Positions 10,277 through 23,695 of a stretch of DNA of 64,000 nt are shown here, piece by piece. The notes beneath the pieces were generated by a model. The model saw only the letters and a program-made list of their open reading frames with translations. It did no database searches and was not told the DNA's origin. The position numbers were made by a program, and so were the translations under genes. Each line of letters begins with the position of its first letter. Position 1 is the stretch's first letter. This stretch comes from Vulcanimicrobiota bacterium (GTDB lineage: Bacteria; Vulcanimicrobiota; Vulcanimicrobiia; Vulcanimicrobiales; Vulcanimicrobiaceae), in assembly GCA_963714015.1 (NCBI GenBank), contig OY970223.1:3200001-3264000 (forward strand). The letters are read 5' to 3'.

Positions 10277-11465
10277 ATGAAAGCTTTCGCAAGCATTGCC
10301 GCCGCTTGTTGCATCGCGGCGGCCTTCATGGGAAGCGGGCTCATCACGCCGCTGTACGAGCTGTACCGCAAGGCATTCGGCTTCGATGAGATTACGCTGA
10401 CGCTCGTCTACGCCGCGTACGCCGTCGGCAACGTTGCCGCGTTGTTGTACTTCGGGAGACTTTCCGACGCCGCCGGACGGCGGTTCGTCGCGCTCTCGAG
10501 CGTCGCCGTCGGCTGCGTCAGCATGCTGTTCTTTGTTTTTGCGACAGGTACGGTGTGGCTATTTGCCGGGCGAGTGCTGAGCGGGGTTGCCGTCGGGCTC
10601 GCATCCGGAACGGGTACTGCGTGGCTGTCCGATCTGAATGAGGACAAGAATGCGGCAACGGTGCTCGCGGTCGCGGCAAACTCGTTCGGATTTGCGCTGG
10701 GTCCACTCGCTGCCGGTTTTGCGGCGCAATATGCGGTCCCGCCCCTCGCGATTCCGTTTTACGTCTACATTCCGCTGCTGCTCGCGACCGGTGCGCTCAT
10801 AGCAGTCGCGTGCGAAACGGTCGATGTTCGTGAAAGACGCATCACTCTGGAAACCTTACGTCCGCGCGTCGGCGTTCCGGAAAGTATTCGAGGGCAGTTC
10901 GTCGCGCCGGCAGTGACGGCTTTCGGCGTCTTCGCACTGGTAGGCTTCTACGCCGCACTCGCACCGGAGGTACTGCGAAACGACTTACACGAAACAAACC
11001 TCGCCGTCGGCGGTCTCATTGTTTTCGAGCTTGCGTTCCTAGCCGGTTGCGCGACGATACTTTCACGCAAAATCGATTCGCGAACCTTGATGCTCGCGGC
11101 CCTGGTGCTGCTGTTGCCGGCCATCGCTCTTCTGCTGTTGGCAAGCGCCGAGCACTCGATGATAATGCTGATCGGCGCGTCGGCAATTAGCGCTCTCTGC
11201 TGGGGCTTTCGGTATCCGCGGATCGCTGCAGGTTATCAACGAGATCGCCCCGGCTGACCGCCGCGCCGAAGTGGCGTCCGGCTATTACATCGCGGGGTTC
11301 ATCGGCAACTCGATTCCGGTAATCGGGATCGGCGTCATCTCGGCAGCAAGCAGCGCCCAGATCGCAAGTTTGACTTTCGGCTGCACGATTGCGGCCTTTG
11401 CGGTGGCGGCGCTGCTGGCAGACTTCAAGTTCGGCGGAAGGCGACAGGCCCGGGCCGGAACCTAG
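10277..11465 (+). CDS. MFS transporter; frameshift near 11215
   Basis: Motif A FGRLSDAAGRR, many TM helices; C-terminus (APADRRAEVASGYY) in a second frame. Confidence 0.88.
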
Positions 11466-11542
11466 GCGGGCAGGCCACAGCCCGGCCGGAGCCCGCGCCG
11501 GGGCCTCAATCATCGAGCCCGACGGCCGATGTTCTGTAAAGA

Positions 11543-13045
11543 ATGAATCGGCTGTCGACGGCGCTCATCGTTGGGCTGGTCTTAACCTTGGGCGGCTTTG
11601 GGTTTTACTCGTGGGAGCTTAGCATCCTCAGCCTCACGCTTTTGGTGACGCTGCTCTACACCTCACGCGTCTACAGGCGCCGCGGGGAGCGGGCTCTGCG
11701 CGATCAGATGAAGCGGCTGGAACGCGCCGCATTAACGGACAGCCTCACTGCTCTAGGCAACCACCGCGCTTTCTACGATCAATTCGAACGTGAGGTTTCG
11801 CGGGCGCGCCGGCACGAGTTGCCGCTGACGCTGGCTTTGCTCGACGTTGACGATTTCAAGTCGCTCAACGACACGCAAGGTCACAAGCACGGCGATGAGC
11901 TGCTGCTGGCTCTGGCCGAATCCATTTCGAGAAACCGCACCGAAGACATCGCCTACCGGATCGGCGGCGACGAATTCGCCCTTTTGCTGGTGGAGACGGA
12001 CGCTGCGGGCGCACGCATCGTATGCGAGCGGCTGCGCGCGGAGCTCGAGCAAGTCATCGCACCGAGCACCGTTTCGATCGGCGTTTCGACGGTGAACGTC
12101 GAGCACGATCAGCATGACCTGTACGAGTTCGCGGACGCCGCGCTTTATTCTGCAAAAGCGCGCGGCCGCAACTTGACGGTCTACTTCGACGAAATGGGCA
12201 AGGACGCCGTCGTATTCTCGAACCGCAAGGCGTCCGCGCTTCGCACGCTGCTGGAAGCGGACCGCATCGAGATTGCGTTTCAGCCGATTTGGAGTCTCGC
12301 CCAATCGCACATCTTCGGTCTCGAAGCGCTGGCGCGACCGCCGGCGGGATCGGGCTTGTCCGGACCGCAAGAAGCATTCGACGTGTCGGAGCGCATTCGC
12401 CGAACCGCGGAGCTGGACGTGCTATGCGTTCGCAGCGTCTTCAACGCGGCTCGTGCATTACCGGACGACGTCTTTCTTTTCGTGAACGTTTCGCCGGACT
12501 CGCTGAGCCATCCGCTGCTCTCACCGGAGTGCTGGCTCCAAATGCTGACCGGCGCGAATCTTCGTCCCTCGCAGGTCGTCATCGAGCTGACGGAGCGCCG
12601 CATTACGCATCCCGACCACGTGATGAGAATGCTCGCCGCGTTACGCGAGAGCGGCATCGGCATCGCGCTTGACGATACCGGATCCGGCTATGCCGGCCTG
12701 AATTTGCTCACCCAAACCGCTTTTGATTTCGTGAAGGTCGATCGCTCGATCGTCGTCGGCGCCGAAACGAGCCAGCGAACCCGAGCGGTGCTGGCCGGCA
12801 TCATTGCCATCGCGCGCGAGTCCGGGAGCTTCGTGATTGCCGAAGGCATCGAGAATCCGCAACAGCTCGAGTTTTTGCGGCGTCTGCAGGAAGAGCGTCA
12901 AGACCGCTCGCTGGCCGTTCACGGAGCGCAAGGTTTCTTACTGGGACGTCCAACGATCGGCGATCCGCGGCCGGAAACGTTCTCGGAGTTCGCAGCTTTC
13001 CTAGACGCGCAACCTGCAGCACCACGGCAACTCAAAGCGGGATAG
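11543..13045 (+). CDS. Membrane-anchored diguanylate cyclase/phosphodiesterase (GGDEF-EAL)
   Basis: N-terminal TM segments; DxLTxLxN, GGDEF, EALAR, DDTGSGY, AEGIE motifs. Confidence 0.93.
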   Translation: MNRLSTALIVGLVLTLGGFGFYSWELSILSLTLLVTLLYTSRVYRRRGERALRDQMKRLERAALTDSLTALGNHRAFYDQFEREVSRARRHELPLTLALLDVDDFKSLNDTQGHKHGDELLLALAESISRNRTEDIAYRIGGDEFALLLVETDAAGARIVCERLRAELEQVIAPSTVSIGVSTVNVEHDQHDLYEFADAALYSAKARGRNLTVYFDEMGKDAVVFSNRKASALRTLLEADRIEIAFQPIWSLAQSHIFGLEALARPPAGSGLSGPQEAFDVSERIRRTAELDVLCVRSVFNAARALPDDVFLFVNVSPDSLSHPLLSPECWLQMLTGANLRPSQVVIELTERRITHPDHVMRMLAALRESGIGIALDDTGSGYAGLNLLTQTAFDFVKVDRSIVVGAETSQRTRAVLAGIIAIARESGSFVIAEGIENPQQLEFLRRLQEERQDRSLAVHGAQGFLLGRPTIGDPRPETFSEFAAFLDAQPAAPRQLKAG

Positions 13046-13051
13046 AGTCTT

Positions 13052-13465
13052 TCAGCTTTGCTGGATGCGATAACCGATCATCCACGTGACGCCGTATTTG
13101 TCATCGAGCATTCCGAATTTCTCGGCGAAGAACGTCTTGTCCATAGGCAGCGTGATTTCACCGCCTTCGGATAATTTGGAAAATGCGGCTTCGGCCTGGC
13201 TCTGGTCGTCCGTTTGCACCGATATCGAGAAGTTGTTTCCGGGATTCCCGGCGCGTCCCGGCGGCGCATCCATGCACGCAACCGTTCCCAACGGGGAGTT
13301 GAGCGACCCGTACATCACCTTACGGTTCATACTTTCATCAATCGGTTGACCGGGCGGGGCGTCTCCGTAGCGTGCGATTTGAATTTCGCCGCCGAGAGCG
13401 CTGCGGTAGTGTGCGAGCGCCTCTTCGGCGTTTCCGGTAAAGTAGAGACAGGGATGGAGCGGCAT
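13052..13465 (-). CDS. VOC/PhnB-like protein
   Basis: LYFTGNAEEALAHY...LSEGGEITLPM..TFF...FGML.DKYGVTWMI; AGGAG SD. Confidence 0.9.
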   Translation of the reverse strand: MPLHPCLYFTGNAEEALAHYRSALGGEIQIARYGDAPPGQPIDESMNRKVMYGSLNSPLGTVACMDAPPGRAGNPGNNFSISVQTDDQSQAEAAFSKLSEGGEITLPMDKTFFAEKFGMLDDKYGVTWMIGYRIQQS

Positions 13466-13721
13466 TGTTTCTCCTTGTGCACGATTATTTGGTAAAAAGG
13501 ACGTGGTTTGGCTCTCCATCGAGAACGGCCGCCCATTGCGGCCCCATGCGAACACTCTAACATGCGTAGTTGCTTTTTGCAAGTATGCTGTTTAATAGGA
13601 AGTCAACTTCCGCACGGGAACGGTTCGGCGGCCCTGGCTGAACGCGACTGTTCGATGCATCCTCCCTCTGTGGCGGCGGATTTTTAGTAAGGCGCCTGCC
13701 GGGGAACGAGTGCACGGGACG

Positions 13722-15857
13722 ATGGACTCCGTAGATACGCCATCCGCTATCGGCGATCGAACTGATTCCGGGGATCGCCTTGCGCGATTTCTCTTCGACG
13801 TTTCGGCGTTGCTCTCCATGTCGCTCACCAGCAGCGCCTTGGCCGAGCGCGTGGCGCGAGCGGCCTTGCGAACATTCAGCGATCTTTGCGCCGTCTACGT
13901 GCTGGGCGATGGCGGTTTGCTCAACGTGGCAGCAGTTGCGGCGCGGGATGACAAAACGCGTTCCAAGGCGGTCAGACCGTTAGAGTCCCTGGCTTCCTCG
14001 GGACAAGGCTTCGTTTACGAAGCGATGCGTTCGGGGCAGAATCTGACTTTTTCGAGCGACGGAGCCTCGGGTGACTTTATCAACGAAAGTGCCGCGCAAG
14101 CATTGCATGCCACCGGTATGCATGCGGCGATCGTCCTTCCCATACTCATCGGATCCTCCGCCGCCGGTGTGGTGTGTTTTTTTCGCGTCGCCGTTAGCTT
14201 CGAGCGGCGTGACGTTCGTTGTGCGCATGCCGTTGCGCGACAATTCAGCCTGGCCCTCGAGAACGCGTCGCTGCGCGAACGGCAGCAGCGCATAGAATCC
14301 CGGACCGCTTTGTTGCGGGACGCAACGGATCGGCTTTTTTCGACGCCCGAGGAGCATGAAATGCTCGAACAGCTGCTCGAGGTGCTCGTGCAGCAATTCG
14401 CCGAGCGCGCCGTAGCGGTAGAACTGCACGAGAATCAATTGCAGCCTATTGCCTCAGCCGGTGCCTGCGACGACGAACGGCTTTGCCCCGAAGGCGACGA
14501 GCGTGTCTTAATCGATGCGATTCGCCGGCAGCGGCCTTTCTTGGCAAACCCGATGTACTCCCAATCGTGGATGATGTCGCCCCTTTTCGTGACGGGCCGC
14601 CCGCGTGGGGCGCTGCTCTGTTATTCTAACGCGCGCCGATACGATAGCGAGGATATGGAGACTCTGCGCGAGCTTTGCCAGCGAACTTCGCTGGCGCTCG
14701 AATACGCGGACAGCTTTGCCCGCGAGCGGCGGCTCGCGCAAACGTTGCAGCGCGCGACGCTTCCGCCGAATTTAGCGAGGCTTCCGGGAGCGATTACCAG
14801 TGTGGTTTATCGCCCGGCCTCACAGGAAGAGCAGGTCGGCGGCGATTGGTACGACGTCTTTTCGCTCGACGAAGATCGCGTATTGGTGACAATCGGCGAC
14901 GTCACCGGGCATGGAGTACCGTCGTGGTCGATCATGTCGAAATTACGCCACACGATCAACGCGGTCGCGAAATATGAAGAAAATCCGGCACGGCTGCTGG
15001 ACGCCGTCGAGCCGATCGTGCAACAGCGGTACCCGGATGCAATAGCGACCGCATTCGTTGCGATCGTCAACCGGCGCCGCCGCTCCATAACCTATGCTAA
15101 TGCGGGACATCCGTCACCCGTGCTGCGCCGTAGCGGAAACACGATCGAACAACTGCGCGCCGAAGGACTACCCATCGGCTTGCGTCAGTTTTGTAAGCTC
15201 GAGCCCAGATCGGAAAGAACGAATCTGGACGGTATCGACTTGCTCGTATTCTACACCGACGGGCTGACGGAATCTACGCGCAATATCATCGATGGGGAAC
15301 GCCGGCTCGTGCATGCGCTCGAGCGCGAGGCTGCCGTGGTGACTTCCGATTCTGCTGAATTCATCAAGAGCGCGTGCCTGCGCGGGCCGTTACCGGACGA
15401 CGTCGCTATACTGGCCCTCAACTTCGTGCCGATGGACCGCTGGAAATTTGAGTCGAACGACCAGAGTGCGGCGCAGCAGGCTCGCCGCGAATTTTGCGAT
15501 CTTCTGCACCAAAAGGAGTACTGCGCGGAAGACTCCGCTGCAGGCGAACTCATTTTCGGCGAGGTCGTGAGCAACGTTGCGCGCCATGCTCCGGGAACCG
15601 TCGAAGCGGCGCTGGAATGGTCGGGCCGCCGGGCCGTATTGCACGTACTCGACCGCGGACCCGGCTATCATGCCGAAACGCCGACGCGAGCCGACGTTCT
15701 TTCGGAAAGCGGCCGCGGGCTTTGGCTCGTCAATCGCATCGGCGGGCAGATCGAAATCGAGCCGCTTCCCGGCTTCGGCATGCACACCCGCGTTGTTCTA
15801 CCCTTCAGCGATTCCTTAGTCTCGCACGTAGCACTTTCGTCCGAGATTCGAGCATGA
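13722..15857 (+). CDS. GAF-GAF-PP2C (SpoIIE/RsbU-type) phosphatase with C-terminal RsbW-like HATPase
   Basis: VGGDWYD, IGDVTGHG, NAGHP, YTDGLTE, DDVA; C-terminal E..SNVARH...ESGRGL. Confidence 0.9.
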   Translation: MDSVDTPSAIGDRTDSGDRLARFLFDVSALLSMSLTSSALAERVARAALRTFSDLCAVYVLGDGGLLNVAAVAARDDKTRSKAVRPLESLASSGQGFVYEAMRSGQNLTFSSDGASGDFINESAAQALHATGMHAAIVLPILIGSSAAGVVCFFRVAVSFERRDVRCAHAVARQFSLALENASLRERQQRIESRTALLRDATDRLFSTPEEHEMLEQLLEVLVQQFAERAVAVELHENQLQPIASAGACDDERLCPEGDERVLIDAIRRQRPFLANPMYSQSWMMSPLFVTGRPRGALLCYSNARRYDSEDMETLRELCQRTSLALEYADSFARERRLAQTLQRATLPPNLARLPGAITSVVYRPASQEEQVGGDWYDVFSLDEDRVLVTIGDVTGHGVPSWSIMSKLRHTINAVAKYEENPARLLDAVEPIVQQRYPDAIATAFVAIVNRRRRSITYANAGHPSPVLRRSGNTIEQLRAEGLPIGLRQFCKLEPRSERTNLDGIDLLVFYTDGLTESTRNIIDGERRLVHALEREAAVVTSDSAEFIKSACLRGPLPDDVAILALNFVPMDRWKFESNDQSAAQQARREFCDLLHQKEYCAEDSAAGELIFGEVVSNVARHAPGTVEAALEWSGRRAVLHVLDRGPGYHAETPTRADVLSESGRGLWLVNRIGGQIEIEPLPGFGMHTRVVLPFSDSLVSHVALSSEIRA

Positions 15858-16027
15858 AGATCGCCGCGCGCGCCGACATTGCCCCAACGCCGCACGAAGC
15901 CAGAATAAGCGTTTTGCATTCTTTAATGCTTCATATTTGGTGCTCACGCCGGACGACGACCTCAGACGCTGCACTTCCCGCCGCTTACGTGCCGGTGGAC
16001 GTTGAAAGCCGCCGCAAACAGCCATAG

Positions 16028-16061
16028 AAAAGTCGAAGCCCCCGTTTTCACGAGGGCTTCG
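16028..16061 (-). terminator. Terminator hairpin downstream of tRNA-Asn
   Basis: GAAGCCC...GGGCTTC stem with a minus-strand U-run. Confidence 0.6.
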
Positions 16062-16071
16062 GCGGTTGAAA

Positions 16072-16147
16072 TGGCTCCGGATGTTGGACTCGAACCAACG
16101 ACCCGCTGATTAACAGTCAGCTGCTCTACCAACTGAGCTAATCCGGA
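16072..16147 (-). tRNA. tRNA-Asn(GUU)
   Basis: TCCGGATTAGCTCAGTTGGTAGAGCAGCTGACTGTTAATCAGCGGGTCGTTGGTTCGAGTCCAACATCCGGAGCCA; cloverleaf with encoded CCA. Confidence 0.98.
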
Positions 16148-16204
16148 CCGCGCCTTTGGGCCGCCGACCCTGGTTCTGCGCCCGGGGTAGCGCCCCTCTT
16201 TTGC

Positions 16205-17039
16205 TCAGAGGAAGCGTACGGCAAGTACCGCCATGTCGTCGCGGACGTTTCCTTTACTGAATTGTAAAGCGTCTTGCAGCACCTCATCGGCAAGGCGCGA
16301 CATCGAATGTAGACGACCTCCATCTACTAGATTCAACAACCTTTCCTCGCCGTAGAATGCACCGGCCGGATCGCGCGCTTCGGTGATGCCGTCGGTTGCC
16401 AAAACCAGCACGCTGCCGGACGGCAGTTCCATAGAATCGCTGGTGGAACAGGTGCGACTGGTCTTCAAAAACGCCGATGATGGGCGCCGTAACCGGTAGT
16501 TGACGCGGACGCTCTGCGGGGCGTGCAAGGATTGCGAGATCGTGCCCCGCTGCCGAATAGCCGAGCGTGGCCCGCTCGGAATCGATCATCGCAAAGAATA
16601 CCGATGCGAACGATTCGCGTTTTTCGAATGCGCTGTTTTCCAGGTAGAGGCGATCGAGATTTCTCAAGACGATCTCCGGCGACATACCCGATGACGCGTA
16701 CGCACGAATCGAATACTTGATGAGCGCGGCGTTGGCGGCGGCCGCTGCTCCATGGCCGGAAACGTCCGCCGCCATGAAGCTCACGCTGCCGTTATCGTAG
16801 ACATAGACGTCGAGGACGTCGCCTCCCAAATGTGTGTCCGGAAGCTCGTATACGATCGCGTACTCGACCTTATCGACGATCTCGGCTTTTGGCGCGAAGA
16901 TGTCGCGAAGCACCGCGTTGGACTCGGCCGGATCCTTCGCATAGCCTCGCCGGCCGCGTACGTCGGCGCTTCCATCTTTTTGAAGAGCAGCTTCTTCAAT
17001 TGGCGCGGGGACTGTCTGCGGACGCCATTCGGAACTCAT
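16205..17039 (-). CDS. Stand-alone PP2C/SpoIIE-family phosphatase; frameshift near 16435
   Basis: LGGDVLD, ADVSGHG, AAGH in one frame; ATDGITEAR and DDMAVL in the next. Confidence 0.88.
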
Positions 17040-17116
17040 TGCGTGCGTTTTACCCTGGAAAACACGTGGCCGGCATCCGCTTGGAAGCCGGCCACTGCGC
17101 GCTAGGAGTGTGCTGT

Positions 17117-17710
17117 TTAGTACGGGCGAGAGGCCTGACGGCGAACCATGAGCGGACGCGTTAGCGTGAGCTGAACCTGGTCGCCGGAGCTGACCTGAAT
17201 ATTGGACTTCTTGTTGTAGCCGGTCAGGAAGCCGCCGACCGCACCGATAGCGCCGCCGGCGCCCGTATGGAAGATCGTCTTGCCGATGATGTTGCCGGCA
17301 ATCATACCGCCGATCGTGGTGAGCGCCACGTGGCCGCCGTTACGGGTTTGCGCTTTCGGTCCGCCGGTCGTCATCTCGGCGTTGAGCGGATAGCTCGCGC
17401 CGTTTTGCAACGTGACGGAATCCCACGATAGATGAAGCTCCGGATTGCGGCCCTGTCCCGCGGAAACCACTTTGATGACGGTCCCGTTGACGATCGCATT
17501 CGCAAACGTCGGATCGTCATTGGGATAGGGCGAGACGACTCGCGCCGTAAAGTGCTGACCGGCATAGGCGCTGCCCGAGTTCAGCGTGTTTTGAAACTGC
17601 ACGTTCAGCGTCTGGCCTTGCGACAGCGTCACCGTCTGCGCCAGAGCCGCGACCGGCACGATGAACGCGAGGAGCATCGCCAGCGCCGGGATTCTGCTTC
17701 GAAGGGTCAT
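17117..17710 (-). CDS. Exported protein with glycine-zipper-like C-terminal region
   Basis: Signal peptide ending ALA; GGMIAGNIIG...GGAIGAVGG; AGGAG SD. Confidence 0.75.
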   Translation of the reverse strand: MTLRSRIPALAMLLAFIVPVAALAQTVTLSQGQTLNVQFQNTLNSGSAYAGQHFTARVVSPYPNDDPTFANAIVNGTVIKVVSAGQGRNPELHLSWDSVTLQNGASYPLNAEMTTGGPKAQTRNGGHVALTTIGGMIAGNIIGKTIFHTGAGGAIGAVGGFLTGYNKKSNIQVSSGDQVQLTLTRPLMVRRQASRPY

Positions 17711-17877
17711 ACGTTCTCCTTAATCTTTCTGTAAGAACCGTGGAGTCGGTCCCATGTTACCCACGTTTGTTAGGCTGCTGAAGTGATAACGCAAAGGGGC
17801 CTCCATGTGTTGCATGGGACCCCTTGCTTCATCCTTCGATCGCGAGCGCCGGGTTTTTAGCGGCGTGCCGCGCCGCG

Positions 17878-19101
<1,224 letters not shown>

Positions 19102-19102
19102 G

Positions 19103-20453
<1,351 letters not shown>

Positions 20454-20492
20454 CTACAAGAGTTGCCGAGGCCGGGCCCTAATGCTTGCCCG

Positions 20493-21077
20493 GTGTTGAA
20501 TCTGGAGGGGTACCTGGACGCGCTGGCCTCGGAAGCGCCGGCTCCCGGCGGCGGAAGCGCCGCTATGGTGGTCGCCGCGGCAGGCTGCGCCTTGGTCGCT
20601 ATGGTGGCTCGAATCTGCGCATCCAGCAATAAATTTGCGGAGGTGCGAGCCCGCACCGTAGACTTGGCTGAACGGTCGGACCTTCTGCGTGCCCGCATGA
20701 TGCAACTCCGCGAAGCGGACGAGCACGCGTTCGACGCCGTCGTGGCGGCCCGCGGAAAACCCGAAGAGATGCAGCGAGCGCTGGCAACGGCTGCGGAGAC
20801 TCCGCTGCAAGGTGCGCAGGCCGCACTCGAAGCGCTGCTCTATGCCGGCGAAGCTCTCGAGCTGCACAACTCCAATTTGATCAGTGACGTCGGCTGCGCG
20901 GCCGAGTTCGCCTATGCGGCGCTTGCATCGTGCGCATTCAACGTGCGCATCAACCACAAGTTTATGAAGGATGCCGAGCTGGTTCGAATGCAGAGCCGCA
21001 AACTCGAAAAGATTGAGGTGGAAGGCAAGAATCGGCTCGAAGCGATCCGCGCGGCCGTAAGCGCCGCCTTGTCATGA
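20493..21077 (+). CDS. Formiminotransferase-cyclodeaminase C-terminal / cyclohydrolase family protein
   Basis: LAS.APAPGGGSAA, D..AF..V, N.NLISDVG.A, NVRIN. Confidence 0.88.
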   Translation: MLNLEGYLDALASEAPAPGGGSAAMVVAAAGCALVAMVARICASSNKFAEVRARTVDLAERSDLLRARMMQLREADEHAFDAVVAARGKPEEMQRALATAAETPLQGAQAALEALLYAGEALELHNSNLISDVGCAAEFAYAALASCAFNVRINHKFMKDAELVRMQSRKLEKIEVEGKNRLEAIRAAVSAALS

Positions 21078-21084
21078 TCCCGGC

Positions 21085-21888
21085 TTACGCCACCAAATCC
21101 AAAAAGGGGCGGAGGTCCTCCTCTTCTATCTCCACACCGACGCCGCGCGTATGATACCGGATGTCGTGAAAATCCGATCCGCCGGTCATCACCAATCCTA
21201 ATCGCGACGCTTGATCGCGAAAGTACTGCGTCTGGTTCCGGTCGTGCGAGGGATAGAATACCTCAAGACCGCGCAGGCCATTTTCCGCGAGCTCGTCGAC
21301 GATGGCGTAGTCTTTCAAGCGACCCGGATGAGCAAGCACCGGAACGCCGCCGGCCTGGGCGATTATGGTAATTGCGTCGTGCGGACCCATATGCGTGGAC
21401 GGCACGTACCCTGGTGCTCCGCGGCGCAAGAACCGGCGAAAGGCCGTTTCGATGTCGGGAGCGATGCCTCGCCGGATCAGCGCCTTGCCTACGTGCGGCC
21501 GCCCCAGCGAAGCGCGCTCGGCCGCTTCGGCTTGGACGTGTTCCATGCTGATGTCGTGCCCTGCCTCGCGAAGTTGCGAAACGATTCGGCTCACGCGGAT
21601 TCGGCGAGCTGCGCGATTGCGTTCCAAGACGGCGCCGAGTGCCGCATGCGCCGTCGGCAAACGATACCCCAAAATGTGGACTTCGCTGTCCTTATACGTG
21701 GTGTTGATTTCGATGCCGGTGACGACACGTACACCGGCGGGCGCCTCGAACCGGCCGTAGGCGCCCAATGTATCGTGATCGGTAATGGAAAAAACGCGCA
21801 CGCCCCGCCGCCCCATGAATTCGCAGAGAGCCTGCGGCGAGAGCGTTCCGTCACTCTCGGACGTGTGAGAGTGAAAATCAACGATCAC
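21085..21888 (-). CDS. PHP-domain phosphoesterase (TrpH/YciV-like)
   Basis: DFHSHT..SDG, ITDHD, HILGY, GRPH, LAHP, GGSDFH. Confidence 0.92.
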   Translation of the reverse strand: MIVDFHSHTSESDGTLSPQALCEFMGRRGVRVFSITDHDTLGAYGRFEAPAGVRVVTGIEINTTYKDSEVHILGYRLPTAHAALGAVLERNRAARRIRVSRIVSQLREAGHDISMEHVQAEAAERASLGRPHVGKALIRRGIAPDIETAFRRFLRRGAPGYVPSTHMGPHDAITIIAQAGGVPVLAHPGRLKDYAIVDELAENGLRGLEVFYPSHDRNQTQYFRDQASRLGLVMTGGSDFHDIRYHTRGVGVEIEEEDLRPFLDLVA

Positions 21889-21903
21889 CTATGCGCCGAT
21901 CAC

Positions 21904-22200
21904 CTAGGGACTTCGGCGCTCGATGGCGAGCGAAATCCCGGTCCGCTCGTTGCCGTTGATCTCCACGTCTATAAAGGAAGGAACGCAGGTCAGATCGATT
22001 TGACTGGTTTTTAGATAACTGCGTGCGATCGCCACCGCCTTAATCGCTTGATTGATGGCGCCGGCGCCGACGGCTTGAAGTTCCGCCTCGTCGCGTTCCC
22101 GTAACACTGCCGCAAGTGCGCCCGCCACGGAATTGGGACTGCTCTTCGCCGAGACCTTAAGGACGTTCGCGGTGATGTGCTTTTCCGGATCCTGTATCAT
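21904..22200 (-). CDS. spoVS: Stage V sporulation protein S homolog
   Basis: VLKVSAKSSPNSVAGALA...QAVGAGAINQAIKAVAIAR...ERTGI. Confidence 0.93.
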   Translation of the reverse strand: MIQDPEKHITANVLKVSAKSSPNSVAGALAAVLRERDEAELQAVGAGAINQAIKAVAIARSYLKTSQIDLTCVPSFIDVEINGNERTGISLAIERRSP

Positions 22201-22994
22201 GCTATGCCTCGCTGGAAGATGCGCTTGATTTCCGTAGCGCGGCCGGACTCCACATCGATGGTAACAACAGCGGCGCAGAACTGTTTGGTTCCGGCCTTCT
22301 GTACGCTGAAACGTTCGGAGAAACCGGTCGTAAACCGATCCAGGACCGGGCCCGCCTCCATTCCGATCACCCCGTCGGTCGGACCGGTCATGCCAACGTC
22401 AGTCAAGTATGCAGTGCCTCCAGGCAGAATCTGTTCGTCTGCCGTTTGAACGTGCGTGTGAGTACCGTAGATTACCGAGACGCGCCCGTCAAGGTAGCGG
22501 CCCAAGGCAACTTTCTCGCTGGTGGCCTCCGCGTGAACGTCCAGCACGATGACCTTTGAGCGGCCGGCGAGGTCTTCTAGGGCCTGATCCACTGCCCGGA
22601 ACGGGTCGTCGATGGGCGGCATGAAGGTGCGCCCCATCACGTTCATTACCCCCACGCTGGTGCCGTTTGCGGCAACGACGCCGGTCCCGCGCCCCGGAAC
22701 GCCGGGGGGGTAATTCGCGGGGCGGATAACGCGGTCGGTGGCGTCCAGATACGTCCGGAACTCGCGCTTGTCGAAGATGTGATTTCCGCTGGTGATGAAA
22801 TCGACGCCGGTCCCGAACATCTCCTCGGCGGTCTGGGCGGTCAAACCGAAACCGCCGGCGGCGTTCTCGCCGTTGGCAATGCAGAGATCGACGTTATATT
22901 GATCGCGCGCGAGCGGAACGCAGCGCTTGAGCGTATCCCTGCCCGGCGATCCGATAACGTCGCCGATGAGCAGCAGAGTGATTGAACGTGCTAT
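22197..22994 (-). CDS. ymdB: YmdB-like metallophosphoesterase (TIGR00282 type); start codon uncertain
   Basis: GDVIG.PG, NGENAAGG.G, TSGNH, RPANYP, DVHAEATSEK, GTHTHVQTAD. Confidence 0.92.
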   Translation of the reverse strand: MARSITLLLIGDVIGSPGRDTLKRCVPLARDQYNVDLCIANGENAAGGFGLTAQTAEEMFGTGVDFITSGNHIFDKREFRTYLDATDRVIRPANYPPGVPGRGTGVVAANGTSVGVMNVMGRTFMPPIDDPFRAVDQALEDLAGRSKVIVLDVHAEATSEKVALGRYLDGRVSVIYGTHTHVQTADEQILPGGTAYLTDVGMTGPTDGVIGMEAGPVLDRFTTGFSERFSVQKAGTKQFCAAVVTIDVESGRATEIKRIFQRGIA

Positions 22995-23539
22995 CGGCGC
23001 GCCGAAGCCTTCGCTTTCTTTTGAGATTTGAGGAAGTAGACCAGAACGCGCTTCTCCTCGCGAAAGCCGACGAGGCTCTTGGATTGTGCCGGGTCGCGCA
23101 ACGCCTCGATTGCCGATTCGACCAGTTCGTCCTGCCACGCCGGGTCTTCGTCGGGCTGATCTTCAGCGACGGGATTGCGCACAAGCGCGCTTCCGAAACG
23201 GTCGGCGAAAAGTTCGACGAGCATCGTCAGCTCGTCTTTGCTGAACGTCTCCAAATCGCGAGTGACGTGTACGAAGCTCATCACCCGATCGGACTCGCAT
23301 TCGACGCGAACTTCCCCACCGTCGCCGCAGAGCGTGAGAAAGCCCTGGACGTGGGATTCGATGTCGTCGATAAGCGCGCGCTGCCTCGCGCGGTCGAGCC
23401 GGCTTTGAACGGCGAACGAAAAACGAAGGGTCCCCTCACCGGGAGCGCTGCGCATGGAAGCGATCTCCGGATAGCGCACGAGCAATGCGCACACCAGACT
23501 CACTGTATCGCTGTTTTCGACAGGCAACCGGGCACTCAT
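22991..23539 (-). CDS. Hypothetical protein upstream of ymdB
   Basis: 182 aa globular-looking ORF (LLVRYPEI...RDLETFS..E...GFREE.RVLV) co-oriented with ymdB-spoVS-PHP. Confidence 0.8.
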   Translation of the reverse strand: MSARLPVENSDTVSLVCALLVRYPEIASMRSAPGEGTLRFSFAVQSRLDRARQRALIDDIESHVQGFLTLCGDGGEVRVECESDRVMSFVHVTRDLETFSKDELTMLVELFADRFGSALVRNPVAEDQPDEDPAWQDELVESAIEALRDPAQSKSLVGFREEKRVLVYFLKSQKKAKASARR

Positions 23540-23555
23540 GACATTCTCTACTTTC

Positions 23556-23695
23556 GAGGGTGGGCGCCCCTTATTAGACGTGGCCTGAAGAGCACCCCTT
23601 GTCTTTCACGACTCCCAACCCCATAGCAAGGCTGCCGGTTCCGGCGGTTGGGTCTAACGGCTCCCACGCCCTCCTTCATTCGGGGAGGTGAGGGG
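23556..23695. ncRNA. Candidate structured RNA (family not identified)
   Basis: Nested complementary segments: GTGGGCGCC/GGCTCCCAC, TTAGAC/GTCTAA, CCCAACC/GGTTGGG, GCCGG/CCGGC, CCTCC/GGAGG. Confidence 0.45.

Noticed and set aside
21904..22200. spoVS and SpoIIE-type genes as evidence of sporulation
   Set aside because: Both families are widespread in non-sporulating bacteria.
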